A DNA stretch of 63,783 bases, filler included, from Choristocarpus tenellus KU-1152 (Eukaryota; Protista; Phaeophyceae), in the NCBI GenBank assembly GCA_964200185.2. It is 12 parts of 12 records of this genome, joined end to end, with 100 filler letters (N's around TTAATTAATTAA, not from the genome) between each part and the next. Parts side by side here need not be neighbours in the genome. Positions count along the whole stretch, not along the records: positions 8,450 to 17,976 come from CAXNAD020003606.1; positions 18,077 to 22,541 come from CAXNAD020014422.1; positions 22,642 to 25,487 come from CAXNAD020024242.1; positions 25,588 to 32,169 come from CAXNAD020007818.1; 8 more parts are not named here. One strand, given 5' to 3'. Below, one piece after another: positions 12,401-25,810 of the stretch. The translations under genes were made by a program, and so were the position numbers. Within the stretch, counting starts at the first letter, position 1. Every line of letters starts with the position of its first letter. Under the pieces are notes generated by a model. That model saw nothing but the letters and a program-made list of their open reading frames with translations, was not told the DNA's origin and ran no database searches.

Positions 12401-13534
12401 AGAGCCAATATACGTCACATCCAGGCAGTCAATCAGATACCTTCATCCCACCACATCCAGTCAATCAGACACCTCCCTCCTCCCACATCCTACACCTCTG
12501 GTCTTCATATCTGCTACTGTCGTAGAACAGGATGTATGGCCACGCACAAAACATATATATATATATATATATATATGCAAATATCAGTTCACCACCTTAG
12601 CTCAACAATCAAGCCTAATAATACAGAGAAACTAAAATAACCATTTAGAATAAAGACAAAAGAAAAACACTCGTACACAACAGAGTATAACACAGCAACA
12701 TACAATTCAATCAATCCGTACACAGCACCATCCGCAAAAAATTCTGGATGAATCACCTCCAACACAGAATGGAGACTCCCTCGTTCAACAAACTCCATGA
12801 CCAACCCCAACTCCTCAGAGCTAGTGAAAGCTCCTAGCACTTTCACCACATACGGGCTATGCATCTTGGACATGATATCCAGCTCCTGCTCAATGTCATA
12901 GATATCAGCATGGGTATGGAAGATTGTCGAAGGGGTTGGGTGAAGTATACTAGGGCAAGGCCAATAGTGGGTAGCTTACGCTGTGGTGACTCTAACACTT
13001 ACGCAGTAATAATAGCAAAAAACAAGACAGAAAACACATTATATTAATATTTACATGCCAGTAACAAAAACCACAATCATGCTTGGAACAACATTTGAAG
13101 GATATGCATTTTTAGTGCATAGGTATAACTTAAATAGAAGCCTGGTTTTACAAATATATATATATATAATTTCAAATTCATGGATGCTCGGAGTACTTCT
13201 AAATACACATGCACACACGCATACACATTTTCCTCCAACCACAATTGTATGTATTGCTTCCATAGGTTTTTCCTTTCAACTGTTTGCAAACTTGCCACAT
13301 CAAATTAACTGGCAATCCTATAAAACCAAGGAATTCTCGAAATCAAGTGCACTACAAAGAAGAACCAAAATAAGAACATGGCCACCATAGGCAATCAAAG
13401 AACAAAAACAGATAGAACAGGACGTTCTGCAGCATCTTTGCCGAACGTCCACAGGGTGGCACCTTCACAAATCGCTCGAAGATCTTGTCAACCTGTGATT
13501 TACTGGTGATGCCCAGGTTCTTGATGCTAGTTAC
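9478..13534 (-). CDS. TKL-group (Raf/MLK-like) protein kinase, subdomains II-XI to stop. Exons: 13534-13463, 12885-12757, 12193-12041, 11425-11268, 10804-10667, 9568-9478
   Basis: Phase-consistent exons give FVKELDIMSKMHSPYVV, LVMEFVERGSL, HRDLKSLNVL, KVADFGLSK, GTLYWKAPE, KSDVYSFGVIVWE, LMLECW....RPHF. The 5' exons (Gly-rich loop, VAVK) were not found in the contig. Confidence 0.93.
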
Positions 13535-14059
13535 CTGCCACAGCCCAGCCCAGCAAAAGCATGCTCAGTAGGGGAAACAGAAAGAGTTACATAATCAAAG
13601 TCATGATATATTTTTTTTAGATACCACTGCACCACCAGAGTAAGAGGTCACACGTTCAAATCCTGAACAGATGGCTTTCTCAATCTTCTTACCAGTGAAA
13701 GGATACAAGCACCATATCTCTTTACAACAGTTGGAAGAAAACAATATTACTGCCAGCAAGGGTACAGCAAACGAACTCAACAGGAAAAGCGAAGATTGAA
13801 AAGGCCGCTTGGGAAGAGCACTCAACTAGAGCGGCGATGCGATAGACTGTAGAGTAACAAGGGTAGCATCCAGGTCGCCGATTTTGTCAGATAATGACAT
13901 ACCAAACTGCACCACCATGGCACTTCTCAGAGAGGCACAATTGACTACCCCCAGTGGTACAGTGAACTCTCAATATCTCCACAATCAGAGTAATAACTAA
14001 TGAACAATAGTAACATTTCCCTTAACCAGTAAGATGGTCACAATTTGGATATGTGGAAA

Positions 14060-14690
14060 TATTTTGAGCGTTTGGGTCGATGTTTAGGTAGTATGGCCCC
14101 TGTGCCGCACATTGCAGGCAGGAGCGTTGTGGTCATCATGAAGGAGGTACTTCTGGCCATCCTTGAAAATGAAAACCACTCCTTATCCACAAGGCCCTTG
14201 AAATGGTGGAACACCTGTGGTCTCAAGGTTTCTCAGTGATCCAGTGTGGTTCCCTCATCGGCAATTGTAACTTGCGCTCATTGGTGAGCAACGAATAAAA
14301 ACAGGTCAATGCACCCTAAAACTAGGCTTTTTCTTGTTGTCATGAAGAGTGAACCACAGGATACCTCGCCAGGAGGCACTGCTTCGTGTGTTTCTTTTTA
14401 GGGGATCTTTTTCGTGGGCAACACCATAGGTTGTTGAGGTTGATACATTTGACGCCAGAATTCCCTTCTGTTGCATACTAATATCGGCATAATCCATAAC
14501 ACCAATGCCTTTATGGGTCTTGTAGGCCTTCCAGACCCTTGGTTGAGATCACTCAAGTACTGCTCTCAAACATCTTGGCAACTTGCTTGATGTCAACGTT
14601 TATCAAGGAGTCACTCTTGTTGCATGAAGCAATTCCAGAATTGTCCTCTTTTCAGCCAGCGGAACATTCTATATTTTGGTAGTCTCAAGC
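14060..14690 (-). mobile_element. Degenerate Tc1/mariner (plant-type DD39D-like) transposase relic
   Basis: Broken frames read EKRTILELL..IKQVAKMF..RVWKAYK (HTH-like), KGNSGVKCI, LLTNERK and VDKEWF..KDGQKYLL..., resembling KGNCGRK / PLLT..NK / VDEKWFY..K...YYL. Confidence 0.6.
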
Positions 14691-15649
14691 ATCTTCCAAG
14701 CAGTTCACGAGCCTAGTGTATGAATATAAGGGCTTTGATCAGGAATTTCAGATTGAGGTCTTGACTTCACCGTCCTCCAGGGTTCTCTATCTTCCACAAC
14801 TACGCATGTCACTTGAATGTGATATTCCAACTGACCAATTGGGCTGCACTCTTCACGGTGAAGTTTGTTTGAAAAAATCGTCAATGGGAGTGAGATATAT
14901 AATGCGATGTCCAAATCGTGACTATATTATCAGTACCAGGCATAGGTAGTAAGGATTTGAAACAAACAAAAAAATAAAATAACAGCATAGAAATTTATTG
15001 CTTACCTTGAAAAAAATATCTCTCACCTCGTGTTTTAATACTTTCGGAAAAATTATGAAATTTTCTTACAACTGTTGCAACCATCGGTACAATACACGGA
15101 AGGGAGTGTGAAAAAAAAAGGTCCAAGTGAAACTGTCGTTGTGGGGGCACATCTGTGGGTTCCTAATGTGACACTAAAATACGTTTTTTATATATGAGAT
15201 TGGGAGGAAAGTCAGGCATAATAGTAGTAGTCTGTTTACTTTCAAATGGCCAGCAATATATCAAATGTGCTTTCTCAACAACAAAAGCACAGCTACCTTA
15301 TTAAAAAAAAGTACTCTATTTCACAATTGAACAAGCAACAGATTTAAAGCGGAAAACATTTACTCTCTTGCATGATACATACATGCACATGACAACCCTT
15401 ACTATCACAATAATATAGATTATGAACAACAATCACAAGCTCTGTCACAGAGGGGTCCCCCACAACCCCAAAAACATGTGTAACATAGTTTTGTTTGTGT
15501 TTCACACTTCCTCAATTTTTGTTTTGCAACTTACACCAGCTGTGGTGCACCAAAAAGAGGTGAGATATAGCTTGGATTTAAAAAAAGGTCGTTCCTTTGG
15601 TGTTCAGCTTGACACAACCTGTGATCAGTGGTCAGAATTCATAGCGTAA

Positions 15650-17850
15650 GCACACATGAGTTAAGTGCACCTTGAGGTATTTGTGCATCCAATCGGTTCT
15701 TGTGTTGGTGCGTTAGTCCTTGGGTACCGAGTGCGGGATTGGAAAGTTCATCTCCTTTGCCAACCTACAGGGTGAACTTCATTTGAACCCTTCTTGTCTG
15801 TGGTTCATCGATGTCATTGCTGTGTTGCTTGGAATGAACTGTGGCATGGGATCTAAGGTGAGCGCAAGCACATCGGGGTCCGCTAAATTGCAAATTGAGA
15901 GTACAGTTCAGCTGGTTGAATTTAGCACCCTCCTGATTCTTTCCTATGTCAACGTTAATTTCCTTATCATTTTCTACCAAGAAGTGTCTGCAGATACATT
16001 TAATGTACTTACAAGGGTACATGGCGCTGACGAAGCACACTAGGGAGAATTTTGGCACTCAGGACGCTGGGGAAGATGTGCGGTAGTGGAGGGGTAAGCA
16101 GAATCTCCATGCCTGTGAGATTGTCGCACTTGAGATGCACTGTTTCCAACTGGACTGTGCTCCATCTTGGAGCGAAAAAGGTTGCACTTCTACTCCCTGG
16201 GACAGAGAGTATGTCCATCAAGCCCATGGGAATGCTTTAGAGAGGTCAGGTCTCTGAGTACCATGTGCACAAGTCAAGGAGGATGATGTCTTGTCATGGG
16301 CACCAGTCTGCCTACAACATGAGGGTTCCACCAGAAACCCAAATAAATCTGTGTCCCACCCTTCAATGTTCTTGCTCAGATTTTGTCAAGTGTCATTTTT
16401 AGTAGCAGAGGAGGATAAGCGAACATCCACCTCCACTCAGACTCAGACTACCTATCCCAGTTTAGGGGAGACTAGGTGTGCTCAACATCATACCACTCCA
16501 TTCCAAGCAATGCTGCTCAAAAGTTGAAAAATTGGGTGTGGTAAGTGAGTGCCTTCGCACATGAAAAGTCCTTCATCGCCTAGCTCTTGTCAAAACCTCT
16601 GTCATAATTGTCCACTGTTCTACCTCACACCAGCTCTTTCATTCTCTCCGCCACGAACCTGCCCTGATACCTCTGTGCCCCTCCCAACCCCTTGACCTTA
16701 AAGTTCTAAACCTTAACCTTTTCTTAAACCTACCCTCTCGCCATAGCGTGCTACACTTCTCCATTGTAAATTGGTGGTAATGATAGTACCACAACACTAA
16801 CCCTTGCATTTAAAATGCATCTTTGTCAAGATTTTTCAAAGTTTGATTTGTATCTCACTTCCATTGTGAGCACTAAGAGGACTGAGGTGTAGCTTGGACA
16901 AAACATGGAAAACAGTCAGTCCTCTTGGGGTCAACATTGTTGAGAGCGGTAATCGGTGCCAATTGCAACATCTACTAGGGCTTCATTTCAAGCCCTGTGC
17001 CAGGGGATAGGATAATATGTGCTGAACCAAGCTCACTGAGGTGTAACCTTCATGCCAGCAGATGTCAAATGATCACCTTACTGAAGGAATCTTCTATTGC
17101 ACCAAAGGTCTCGATCACCAATGTTGCCTTGAGCTAGATATGCAGCCGGTGGGTGTTATTCTCCACTTGAATGTGCCATATGGCCTGGTTCGGGGCTGAA
17201 ACCATCAAGAATGTTGTGCAGCATTAGAGTTGTCACCTCGTAGTACAATTTGTAGGTGTTTCGAAGCCTTCGTCTGCACCACACCTGCCTTGCAGTGACC
17301 GGGAGTAGTGCCCTGTGCCTTGAAATAAACCTCTGGCGAGAAGTGGTTGCAAAAGCACAGAGGTCTGCAAACCGTACCAGAGGATACTCTTTCACCTGCC
17401 TAAATAACCACCCTCAAGAAATCGCCTCGGAAATGTACACGGGGTTGATGATTGATATTTACTATGTGGTACACAGAATGTGGTACCCATGTTACTGGAT
17501 ATTTTCATGAAGGCAACAGGAACAATGCGTGGAAGTGGAGGAGTCGGCTGACCTCATACGCCTATAAAGACATCACTCCAGAGATGGGACTATTTTACCC
17601 CCATATTTTGCTTCATACTGTACAGGAAAGGCTGCAGTTTCAAGTCTTCAAACAGTGGGCATTGACCAAGCCCACGAGATTGGTTTAGGATGTTCGGTAC
17701 ATTGACAAAATGTAGAGAAGAAGAGGAAGCTGCAGTCTGAACTTGACCAGCAACCTACATACTTGGGCATCAGGGTGCCACCTGTGACCCAATTGATTTG
17801 TGTGGTCCCTTCATCTAGTCCTGTTTTATGTCGTATTTCTCAGCTATTCT
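15650..17850 (-). mobile_element. Probable highly decayed Ty3/Gypsy-like pol relic
   Basis: Fragments GLVNA.., ..DVFIG (RT-like) followed by PMGLMDILSVP...WSTV (integrase-entry-like) in RT-then-IN order; many stops. Confidence 0.35.
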
Positions 17851-17938
17851 TTAAACGAGAAGGATAAGCACACAGTCATCTTCACCACACACCTCCAAGG
17901 TTGAGGGAGACTACTGCGCATACGGGTGCAGTCAATGT

Positions 17939-17976
17939 GAGCCAAAGTATCTTAGAGGGTAGAGCCGCGTCCATTT
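17939..17976 (+). mobile_element. MITE family B left end, truncated by contig end
   Basis: GAGCCAAAGTATCTTAGAGGGTAGAGCCGCGTCCATTT matches the 7987 and 56625 termini. Confidence 0.8.
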
Positions 17977-20900
17977 NNNNNNNNNNNNNNNNNNNNNNNN
18001 NNNNNNNNNNNNNNNNNNNNTTAATTAATTAANNNNNNNNNNNNNNNNNNNNNNNNNNNNNNNNNNNNNNNNNNNNGGGGGGGGGGGGGGTTAATGTGCA
18101 AAGTTGGACATGATCGTTCCTCTCTCTCTCTCTCTCCATGTTTGCGTTATCAAAATAAGAGTAAGTGAATATCTGCATAGTCCTAGAAACGAACCCGTTA
18201 CTGGTTGGTTTAAAAAAATAAAATAAAATGTCTTTTGACTCTCCCTGCGTAGATAGCGAGCGAAACGATTTTTAAAACGTAAGTCTTCAAATAAAATAAA
18301 AATAAAATTAAAAAAAGAAAGGGGGTGGGGGGGGTTGGGGTTGGGGATGTGGCAAGTCTCTGAAAAAGGTTCACGTATCCGCGAAATGGATTAGGTTTTA
18401 ACGAATGGGTTGAGAGAGCGAGAGAGCGAGAGAGCGAGAGAGCGAGAGAGAGTGCTAGGAGGCACCGTATTTTATTGTATTGCCTTGAGGATAGGGTGAG
18501 GGGGGCAGACGTTGTGTCCATAACATTGCTGTGAATGGGTTGTCGGGGTAGATGCAAAAGTACTGGGGGGAGTGGAATGGCAGGGGGGAGAGTCATCAGT
18601 CACCTCTCTGGAGAGGGAGAGAGGTGGAATCTATGGGACAAGGGTGAGATTGTGGGAGGTCAGAACTGATTTCCTTGGGCAAGAAGTACATAAATATATG
18701 GGAGGGATGTCACAGGAAATGAAGGCCTCTTCCAGGAAGACTAGCAAGCAAGATCACAAGCAGGGAACAATCAGGCAGTTTTGCTACATCACAGTCTGAT
18801 GACCATTGTTGGAATAAAAACAAAAAAATAGATTTATGCCAATATGTCAGGAAAAGGATCTAATACAGTGCTTATTTATCAGTGACCTCTCGACGTATGT
18901 ACTTCTCTTTCAGCATCAATTCAAACAGTTCGAGGGTCAGGCTATAAACACACAAAATGGCATCAGATTTTCATTGTTTTTTGGGGGGGTTTAGCAAAAA
19001 CCCATAGTGATGCTACCCTGAAATCTCAGCTTGATCCAACCTAGCCTACCTACTCTACAACGCCTGTAGCAAAATCGCAAGAAACGCCTTCCTAGTGCAG
19101 TAGTTTCCTCCATCTAAACCACATGTTCAAACACATGCTTAACAGAGGAAGTACACACTGCTGTAGTGAAATTAATATTGCAAATCACGAAACAAACACA
19201 ATGTGAAGAGAATCAACATGCTTCCTGCAGAGAGGGTCTTGTGGTTTCATCCACTAAAACACGAAGCATTTGCCATCAAGAATCGTACAGACAAGAGTTA
19301 GGTTTCAATATCCACAACCACAGATTACATTCACTCTTGAAGATTGCTGAGGAAATGAGCGACTGTTGTGTGTTTGCAACATTTTTGTACAGGTACATTG
19401 GTTGCAGAGATCTTTGTCCCTACAGTCACACTCTACCATAAACTAGAGAGCAAAGGAAGTTATATGGAGAGTTACAAGAAAAGACAGAAATCATGACTGC
19501 TAATAGGTCCTACACAGTATAAGATAACAGATTCCTTCCCATACTAGCACGGTACACATGCACAACTCCCCGAAATCGAAATCTTGTCATGAAGTAGATC
19601 GCCAAAATCAATCAAAAGTAGTATGATCTTTCCACTGTCGTTTTGATTGTCCCAAAGATGAGAGTTGCGCACCTACAAGTCCAATGCTGAACGCTAGGTA
19701 TCCTGGATATTGCACAGATGAACATGAACATACAGGTATACGCTTACGCAAGTATACATTACACAGAAGAACAATAGCTCGCCAACAGTCACACACTCCC
19801 GCACATGTATCGATCACTTGCGGCCCGTTGTTAGTTCTTATCTCGAGCTTCAAGGGTAATATTATAGTATCACGATACGCTTTACCCGAGTAAAATACTT
19901 TTCTCGTCCTTTACAATGTAAACACAACCCCGCCTTCGTGCACGGTTCCGTGTTAAGTATCGGTTGGCAAAAGCACTGCACCAACCCCAAATGACAACAC
20001 CGTAGGAAGTCGTCATGGGTCTCATCCAATGGAGTTGTCAATACCAAAGGTCTCTCCTTGGCCATCTCTTGGCCATTTTGGTTTGAATGACACACCGTCT
20101 GTTCTCATCGGACCCGCTTCAACGCAATGCCTGACCGCACGTCACTCCCCCCATTCTGGGCGAGGTTTGAAAACATGCAACTTGTTGCACAAAGACGCAC
20201 TGACCTAGTACACATCTAATGAGAATTTTGTTTGCACGTCATATGCTTCATTCTTCATCTCGATTCTCCTCGCAAGACTTCTCATTTTGCAGAACATCAA
20301 ACTCAAATACCCCACTATACCCCCCTTGCATGCAACACCCTGTCATGATACAACCTCTTAGCAACCGATTCTCCTCTAATCCTCCCCCTTGGAGTAATTC
20401 TCTCTTCTTTATTATTCGCCTTCAAGGAAGTCGCATCATGCCTTCCAGTCTATAAGTCTAGTAGCTTTCGACGTTCAAAACAACCCTTATCAGCAAGGAC
20501 CACGCAATTTGACTTGCACATGTTGTACATTCCACGCACTCTTGCCTTGGAATGTTGTTGCCGCCGAGGGAGAAGCTCACCCTTTCCCTTCTTATTTAAA
20601 GTAAGATATTCCCAACCTTTACCCTCACCTTTGCAGCTTCTTGTCTTCCTTTCACTCTCCTCAGGATGGGCTGGGATAGGCAATGGCTGGGTATTACTGT
20701 TCCAGCCTTGAACAACCAATTCCTTTGCTTGGCTTGTTCGTCAATTCCAGCAGCAGAGCCCCGGGTGACACGTTCCCCTTTGCCTTCAGTAGCTAACCTA
20801 GAATCAAGAGCTCAATAGTCAAGGGCGAGATTTGGGCTAAGAACTGGGGTGTTAGAGGGATGAAAGAGAAGGTTGGAGTTTAGAGTTAATTAAGGGTATG

Positions 20901-21058
20901 TATACCTTGTGACGTCGTAGCATACACAACAATATTGTATCATACTATCGTATTGTACCCCGCTCTCTAGATCAAACAAGTTGTAAGGGATAACACTTGT
21001 ACATTTTGAAAACACGGCATTTACTGGTATTGTCCAAGTTGTGGTTGACAAAGAGATA

Positions 21059-22541
21059 ATGAAACGAGATTTAGGCAGCGATGAGTGCGTTCAAGCGACT
21101 GCGGACGATGCTGCAGCTGGGAAGCTGAGTGCAGTCATGCTTGGATACTTTAAGGACCCTTTTCTCCAGTACTTCGTCAACGCCCAGGGCAGACGACCTC
21201 CTGTCATCAATCGCGGTGAGCTTTTGTTTTGGGGTATTCTCTTGTCCCCAGCAATGGTCATGTTAGATGATAATCGCCCTCGCCACACCCGTTTGGCGCC
21301 TCCTGTCTACTTCATCCTCTGTCTGTGACCATCACCAAAGCAAGATTGAGGAACAACGACTCCTGTAGAATTCGTAAGATTTTGATTCAATGTAATACCA
21401 CTCTTGAAAGGAGTGCGAATCCTAGTTTCTCTGTGCTTTGTCAGTTATTGGTACGGTGTTGAGCAATTGCGAAAATGGGCGTTGGTTTTTTCAAGTTGCT
21501 GGCTCTATTCTGTCCATACCACTACAGTACCAGCAGGAATGATGCGATTTTCTTGACGACACAATAAACATCCCATCACGAGTCGAACCCGCTGCTGAGA
21601 CCTCGTCTATAGTTTGGTTGACTATAGTTTGAGTGAGAACCAAGAGATACAGGTTCACCTAACGATTTGAGGGGTGTTTTCGAGCGTAAGGTGTGGTTTG
21701 GTTGAAGTTATCTATCTGGCTCCATTGGGTACAGACCAGCTGAGCACCAGGAAATACCCAACGGATTCGTACGCATCACAAATCTCAACTGCTTCTGATA
21801 CCTCGTCGATCCTTTAGGAGACACAGGTTTGCCAAACACTTTCGCCACACGGGTAATGTAGTCCAATTGATGCAACCCGACCCTACTCACTCGTACGCCC
21901 ATTCTGTGCTGTTTCGCACACTGTAGTTGATAGGCAAGGAGACTATGGGCAGATGTATTTTTCCATAAGATCGTCTTGTAAATGGTATGACTCGACTTTA
22001 CCTAGCAGGTGAAATATTGAAGTGTTCATCAGAGTGAACAGTGAGAAGAACTTAAAGAGTGAACTGCAACGGTCACATAATGAAAAACAACTTCAAGTTA
22101 GTACCCACTGGGTCAAGCTGCTTCTGATTATGGACAAAAGAATCTTGCGAGACTCCACACCTCTCTTTGGCCTCCTCCCTTATCAATCACAGAGTGCGAA
22201 ATTGTAAACATTCTACCACTTCATCTGGCCTTCGTGTCTTCAACTTCATCACCACCAACACGATTCTAGAACAAACACCTCATGGTGCGCCACCACCTCT
22301 ATTCCCCTTAAATCCCTCGGTCGAAAATCAAAGCACCCAAAAGACCACGCCATCGTAACACATTTTTAAACCAGCCCTTGCCCTCGCGCCCCACCCACCC
22401 ACGACCACCTCACGACACATCCGTTCCGTTCTCTCGGGGGGCGACGTGATGGACCACTAGGCAACTTCGCACGGGTGGCCTGCATCGACAAACTCGTCCG
22501 CGACTTCCTTTCCCCTCAGCCGCGGCCTCCACCCCAAGCGC
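21059..22541 (+). CDS. LCMT1: Leucine carboxyl methyltransferase 1 (PP2A methyltransferase), 5' part. Exons: 21059-21215, 22461-22541 (truncated)
   Basis: DECVQATADDAAAGKLSAVMLGYFKDPFL...RRPPVINRG|NFARVACIDKLVRDFL matches the LCMT/PPM1 N-terminus; phase-1 intron. LCMT2/TYW4 cannot be fully excluded. Confidence 0.85.
21650..22270 (-). mobile_element. Decayed Copia RT relic inside the LCMT1 intron
   Basis: VVMKLKTRRPDEVVEC and LHQLDYITRVAKVFG..PVSP resemble Copia WVFK.K...DG.VE and LSQ..YI..IL..FG...P.STP. Confidence 0.4.
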
Positions 22542-23188
22542 NNNNNNNNNNNNNNNNNNNNNNNNNNNNNNNNNNNNNNNNNNNNTTAATTAATTAANNN
22601 NNNNNNNNNNNNNNNNNNNNNNNNNNNNNNNNNNNNNNNNNGTCTGTGAGGGGGTGGGGTTGGGGCATCATTACAGAAGGGGGAGGATACAGTGTCCGGT
22701 ACAATAGGCCCTTGAAGTCTGCAGTGTGTGGTGCCTTTCCTGCCCTTGCTAGTTGCCATTGATGCTTTGACATGTAAGTGTGCCATACTCCACCTCATTC
22801 AGATAGCACATGCTGATCGGTGAGGTGTGGATTTGCTTTAAAACGACAACATCAATAAAGAGACTCCTACCCTACACTGAGAGATGTGAGCGTGTGAAAG
22901 GCACTAAACCAATCCATCACACGTACCATCAACAAACTCTCATTTTTTTTTTTGCTTTGTAATCTCATAGAAGCAGATTGGCCAATGCCACAACTATCTG
23001 CAAACCCTGATGATGTAGGCCATGTTGGGCTTCCCTGCATTACCGTGACTGACTTTATCCCTCACTAAAGTAGGGGCGCACTGTACCTAATCCTCAAGAA
23101 TATTGCTTCAAAGTATAGCGACTTTGGCGAGTCACACACATACACACAAGCAGAAATATTATTGAAAAGCCCTAACAATACTGCACAC

Positions 23189-25322
23189 CTGGTCGGACTG
23201 GAGCATGGTCTCATCCAGGACCACCACGGTGCCAGATGACAGCTGCAGCTTTGACAGCATGAGGCGGTCTGCCTCATAGTCCTTAATTCCCAAGCGTGTT
23301 TATAGATTGCAAGAGAGACAATTGACAAGTAGTTCTGAGATTGAGTGGTATTTGGATCAATGGAGTAACCGATATATCACTAAAAGCCAATAAGGTGCCT
23401 TTGCCCCGTGACCTTCCTTTTTCACCCCTCAATGTTAGGCTTAGGTTTTGAAGTAAGGGGTGGGTTAGTCTACTGATCTTTCAGTAAGCAGGGAAATCAA
23501 CGATCTCCTATTGGCTGAAAAAGCAGCGCAGCAGGTACCCGATTGATGGAAGGCTACTACTTCAATACACCTATCAATCCCTCTAGAAGTATTGCATTAC
23601 TCTGTTACACGATCAAAACTGACAGCCAATTAGAACCACTTGCACCTACTTCTAACACTGCCCGACACCGGTCGTTCACAAATCAAATGGGTCATGGATG
23701 GAGGTATTGAATCCTATGCATTAAGACACTGTTACTGCGGGCATCCAATTATTGTTTAGTTACGCAAGGGTCGCCTCTCTCAAATACATTACTTCTGGTT
23801 CGTAGAGAGTGAACAGGGGAATCTCTGTCTTTGAGAACCACCACTGAAATATATATTTTTCCATTTTTGCACACATTTTCAAAAACCTAACCCTATCCTC
23901 GATGCTAACTCTAACCCTAACCCTAACTTGCATGTGAGAAAAATCCCTGACCAGCCTAGGAAACATTCCAGACGAAGTGGTGCAGCAGTACCGTGTGTAC
24001 TGGGGAGCCACCGCCTCTCAAGGATGGACTACTTTTCATTTTTTCACAAAACATTTTCGAAAAACCGAACTTAACCCTAACCCTGACCTGTGCGTGAAAA
24101 ATATCCTAAGCTTTGTTTGAAGAAGCGGAAAAAGTATGAGAGGGGTGGATCCCCAAGACTGGGAAATTCCCCTGTGTACTTCACCATACCAAGCACAACT
24201 GCTGCATCGCCCAAAAGAGGTTTGGAAAAAACTCAAAGGTACGCTGACACCTACCATGACAACACCAACACACCGTTCATGCCGTGTGTCGAGGCTGGTA
24301 CAAAATACGAACGGATTGCAAAAAAAAAAATCATCAATGAGGTCTGTGTAAGTGGAAGCCACCAACATATCAGATCAGAAGCAGTGTACAAAGTATAAGT
24401 GTGTGTGTGTGATTGAGTGGGCAACAGAACAAGCATTGTTTCACATACATAAGACACAATGCAAACACAACAAAGACATCGATGTCCCCCCAAGCTCAAA
24501 GAACATTTTCAAGGCCTACCTTTTTGGGGGAAAATTTGTATGACTCAGACAGTGTTTCTGCTGTGACCGGCACTAATACAGACTTTGGCACCAGTTCAGA
24601 AACAGCGCCATGGAAGGCGGTAACAACCTTGGGGGACACCCCCCTGAGGTTCACACTCAGGTATCCGGGAGCCATTGTCTGGAGGAAGAAAGCAGCGGCA
24701 AAAGAAAAAAGCAAGAGGAACACATGGAACTTTGAGGTGCAGGATGAAATATGTAACACCAGACCGACATCATCACCAGTTTTCTTGAACAGTGTAGTTG
24801 TGTTGTGGTTGAGATGGGTTGCCCACCAAGCACAGAGGAAGAAGAGTGGAATGGCATGGTCCAGGAAGGATTGATTCCGAGTTGGTATTATGACACTAGG
24901 ATTTGAATGGGTCTTGTGGGAGTAGGTGGGCATGGTGCTCTGAGGGAAAAAAGCAACTACTACGTAGTATAATGTATTGTCTGTCCGCCCACTACTACAC
25001 CTGTTCACTCAGGAGATGTGAAAAAGAGAGTAGAAAGAATGAAAAAATCATAGGGCTCAAGAAAATAGTGTATGCATTTCATTCCTTAACCCTTTGTACA
25101 GCAATACAAGTGGGATTTTGCAGTCAGTCCACGTACTCACATCAGTCCGCACATAGGCCTTAGAGAGGAGTGCCAGCAGGGCGTACTCCGCAGCCAGCTG
25201 GTCTCCCCCCAACGCCTCAGAAAGGTGCTCTATTGCCTGCCGCTTTGCCTCCTGCATTAGGGCTGCGAAAGGGAGAGGTCCCTGGACGGCGTGCAAGGAT
25301 CTGCAAGGGTCACCCAGATCCA
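23189..25322 (-). CDS. MCMBP: Mini-chromosome maintenance complex-binding protein, internal exons 25322-25141, 24678-24520, 23281-23189
   Basis: LSEALGGDQLAAEYALLALLSKAYVR, GYLSVNL, ELVPKS, FSPKK|DYEADRLMLSKLQLSSGTVVVLDET; phases compatible. Confidence 0.88.
23797..24192. mobile_element. Putative MITE-like insertion in an MCMBP intron, with internal CCCTAA-containing direct repeats
   Basis: Imperfect inverted ends (ACAGGGGAATCTCTGTCTT at ~23812 vs AAGACTGGGAAATTCCCCTGT at ~24155); two internal repeats TTTT..CACA..TTTTC.AAAA..AACCCTAACCCT..TG.G.GAAAAAT. Confidence 0.5.
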
Positions 25323-25587
25323 CTGTAAGGGGGGCGCATGCAGGTATTTTCCGGTGCCCTAGAGGTTGATGCATTCAGGAATGTTTTCCCAATGTGTGTG
25401 ATTGGGACGGGACGGGGGAAGGGGGGGGGGGGGGGGGGGGGGGCAGGAGGAGGGGGGGGGGGGGGAGAGAAATGTTACCGTTGGGGGNNNNNNNNNNNNN
25501 NNNNNNNNNNNNNNNNNNNNNNNNNNNNNNNTTAATTAATTAANNNNNNNNNNNNNNNNNNNNNNNNNNNNNNNNNNNNNNNNNNNN

Positions 25588-25810
25588 CATAGCATCGTTT
25601 TAAGGTCGTTGGATTTGAGTTGTACATCCTGGAAGGTGAGCATTGAGGGGCGCCTGTAACATATGCCCACCATTTCGATGTCGTTGGCCTCCTTCCACTT
25701 CTCTACAGCTTGAGCCATGGTTGTGGGCTCATGACGGTTCGCCGAAATGGTTCCACTGCTGCTCATTAGGCAATAGGGATCATTAATGCCTACTCTCAGC
25801 AGATACACCG
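25588..25810 (-). mobile_element. Copia pol fragment (start of the RT region)
   Basis: HEPTTMAQAVEKWKEANDIEM resembles the Copia EP.T..EA...W..AM..E motif. Confidence 0.55.

Noticed and set aside
13620-13680. tRNA or tRNA-derived SINE (B-box-like GTTCAAATCC; another at ~21580 on the minus strand)
   Set aside because: No cloverleaf, convincing A-box or second copy is visible.
18600-20800. Possible gene divergent from LCMT1
   Set aside because: Coding-like patches exist but I could not build a phase-consistent model or recognise a domain.
284-25322. Apparent cluster of protein-modification genes (GT41-methyltransferase, kinase, LCMT1, MCMBP)
   Set aside because: They lie on different contigs separated by artificial spacers; there is no evidence of linkage.
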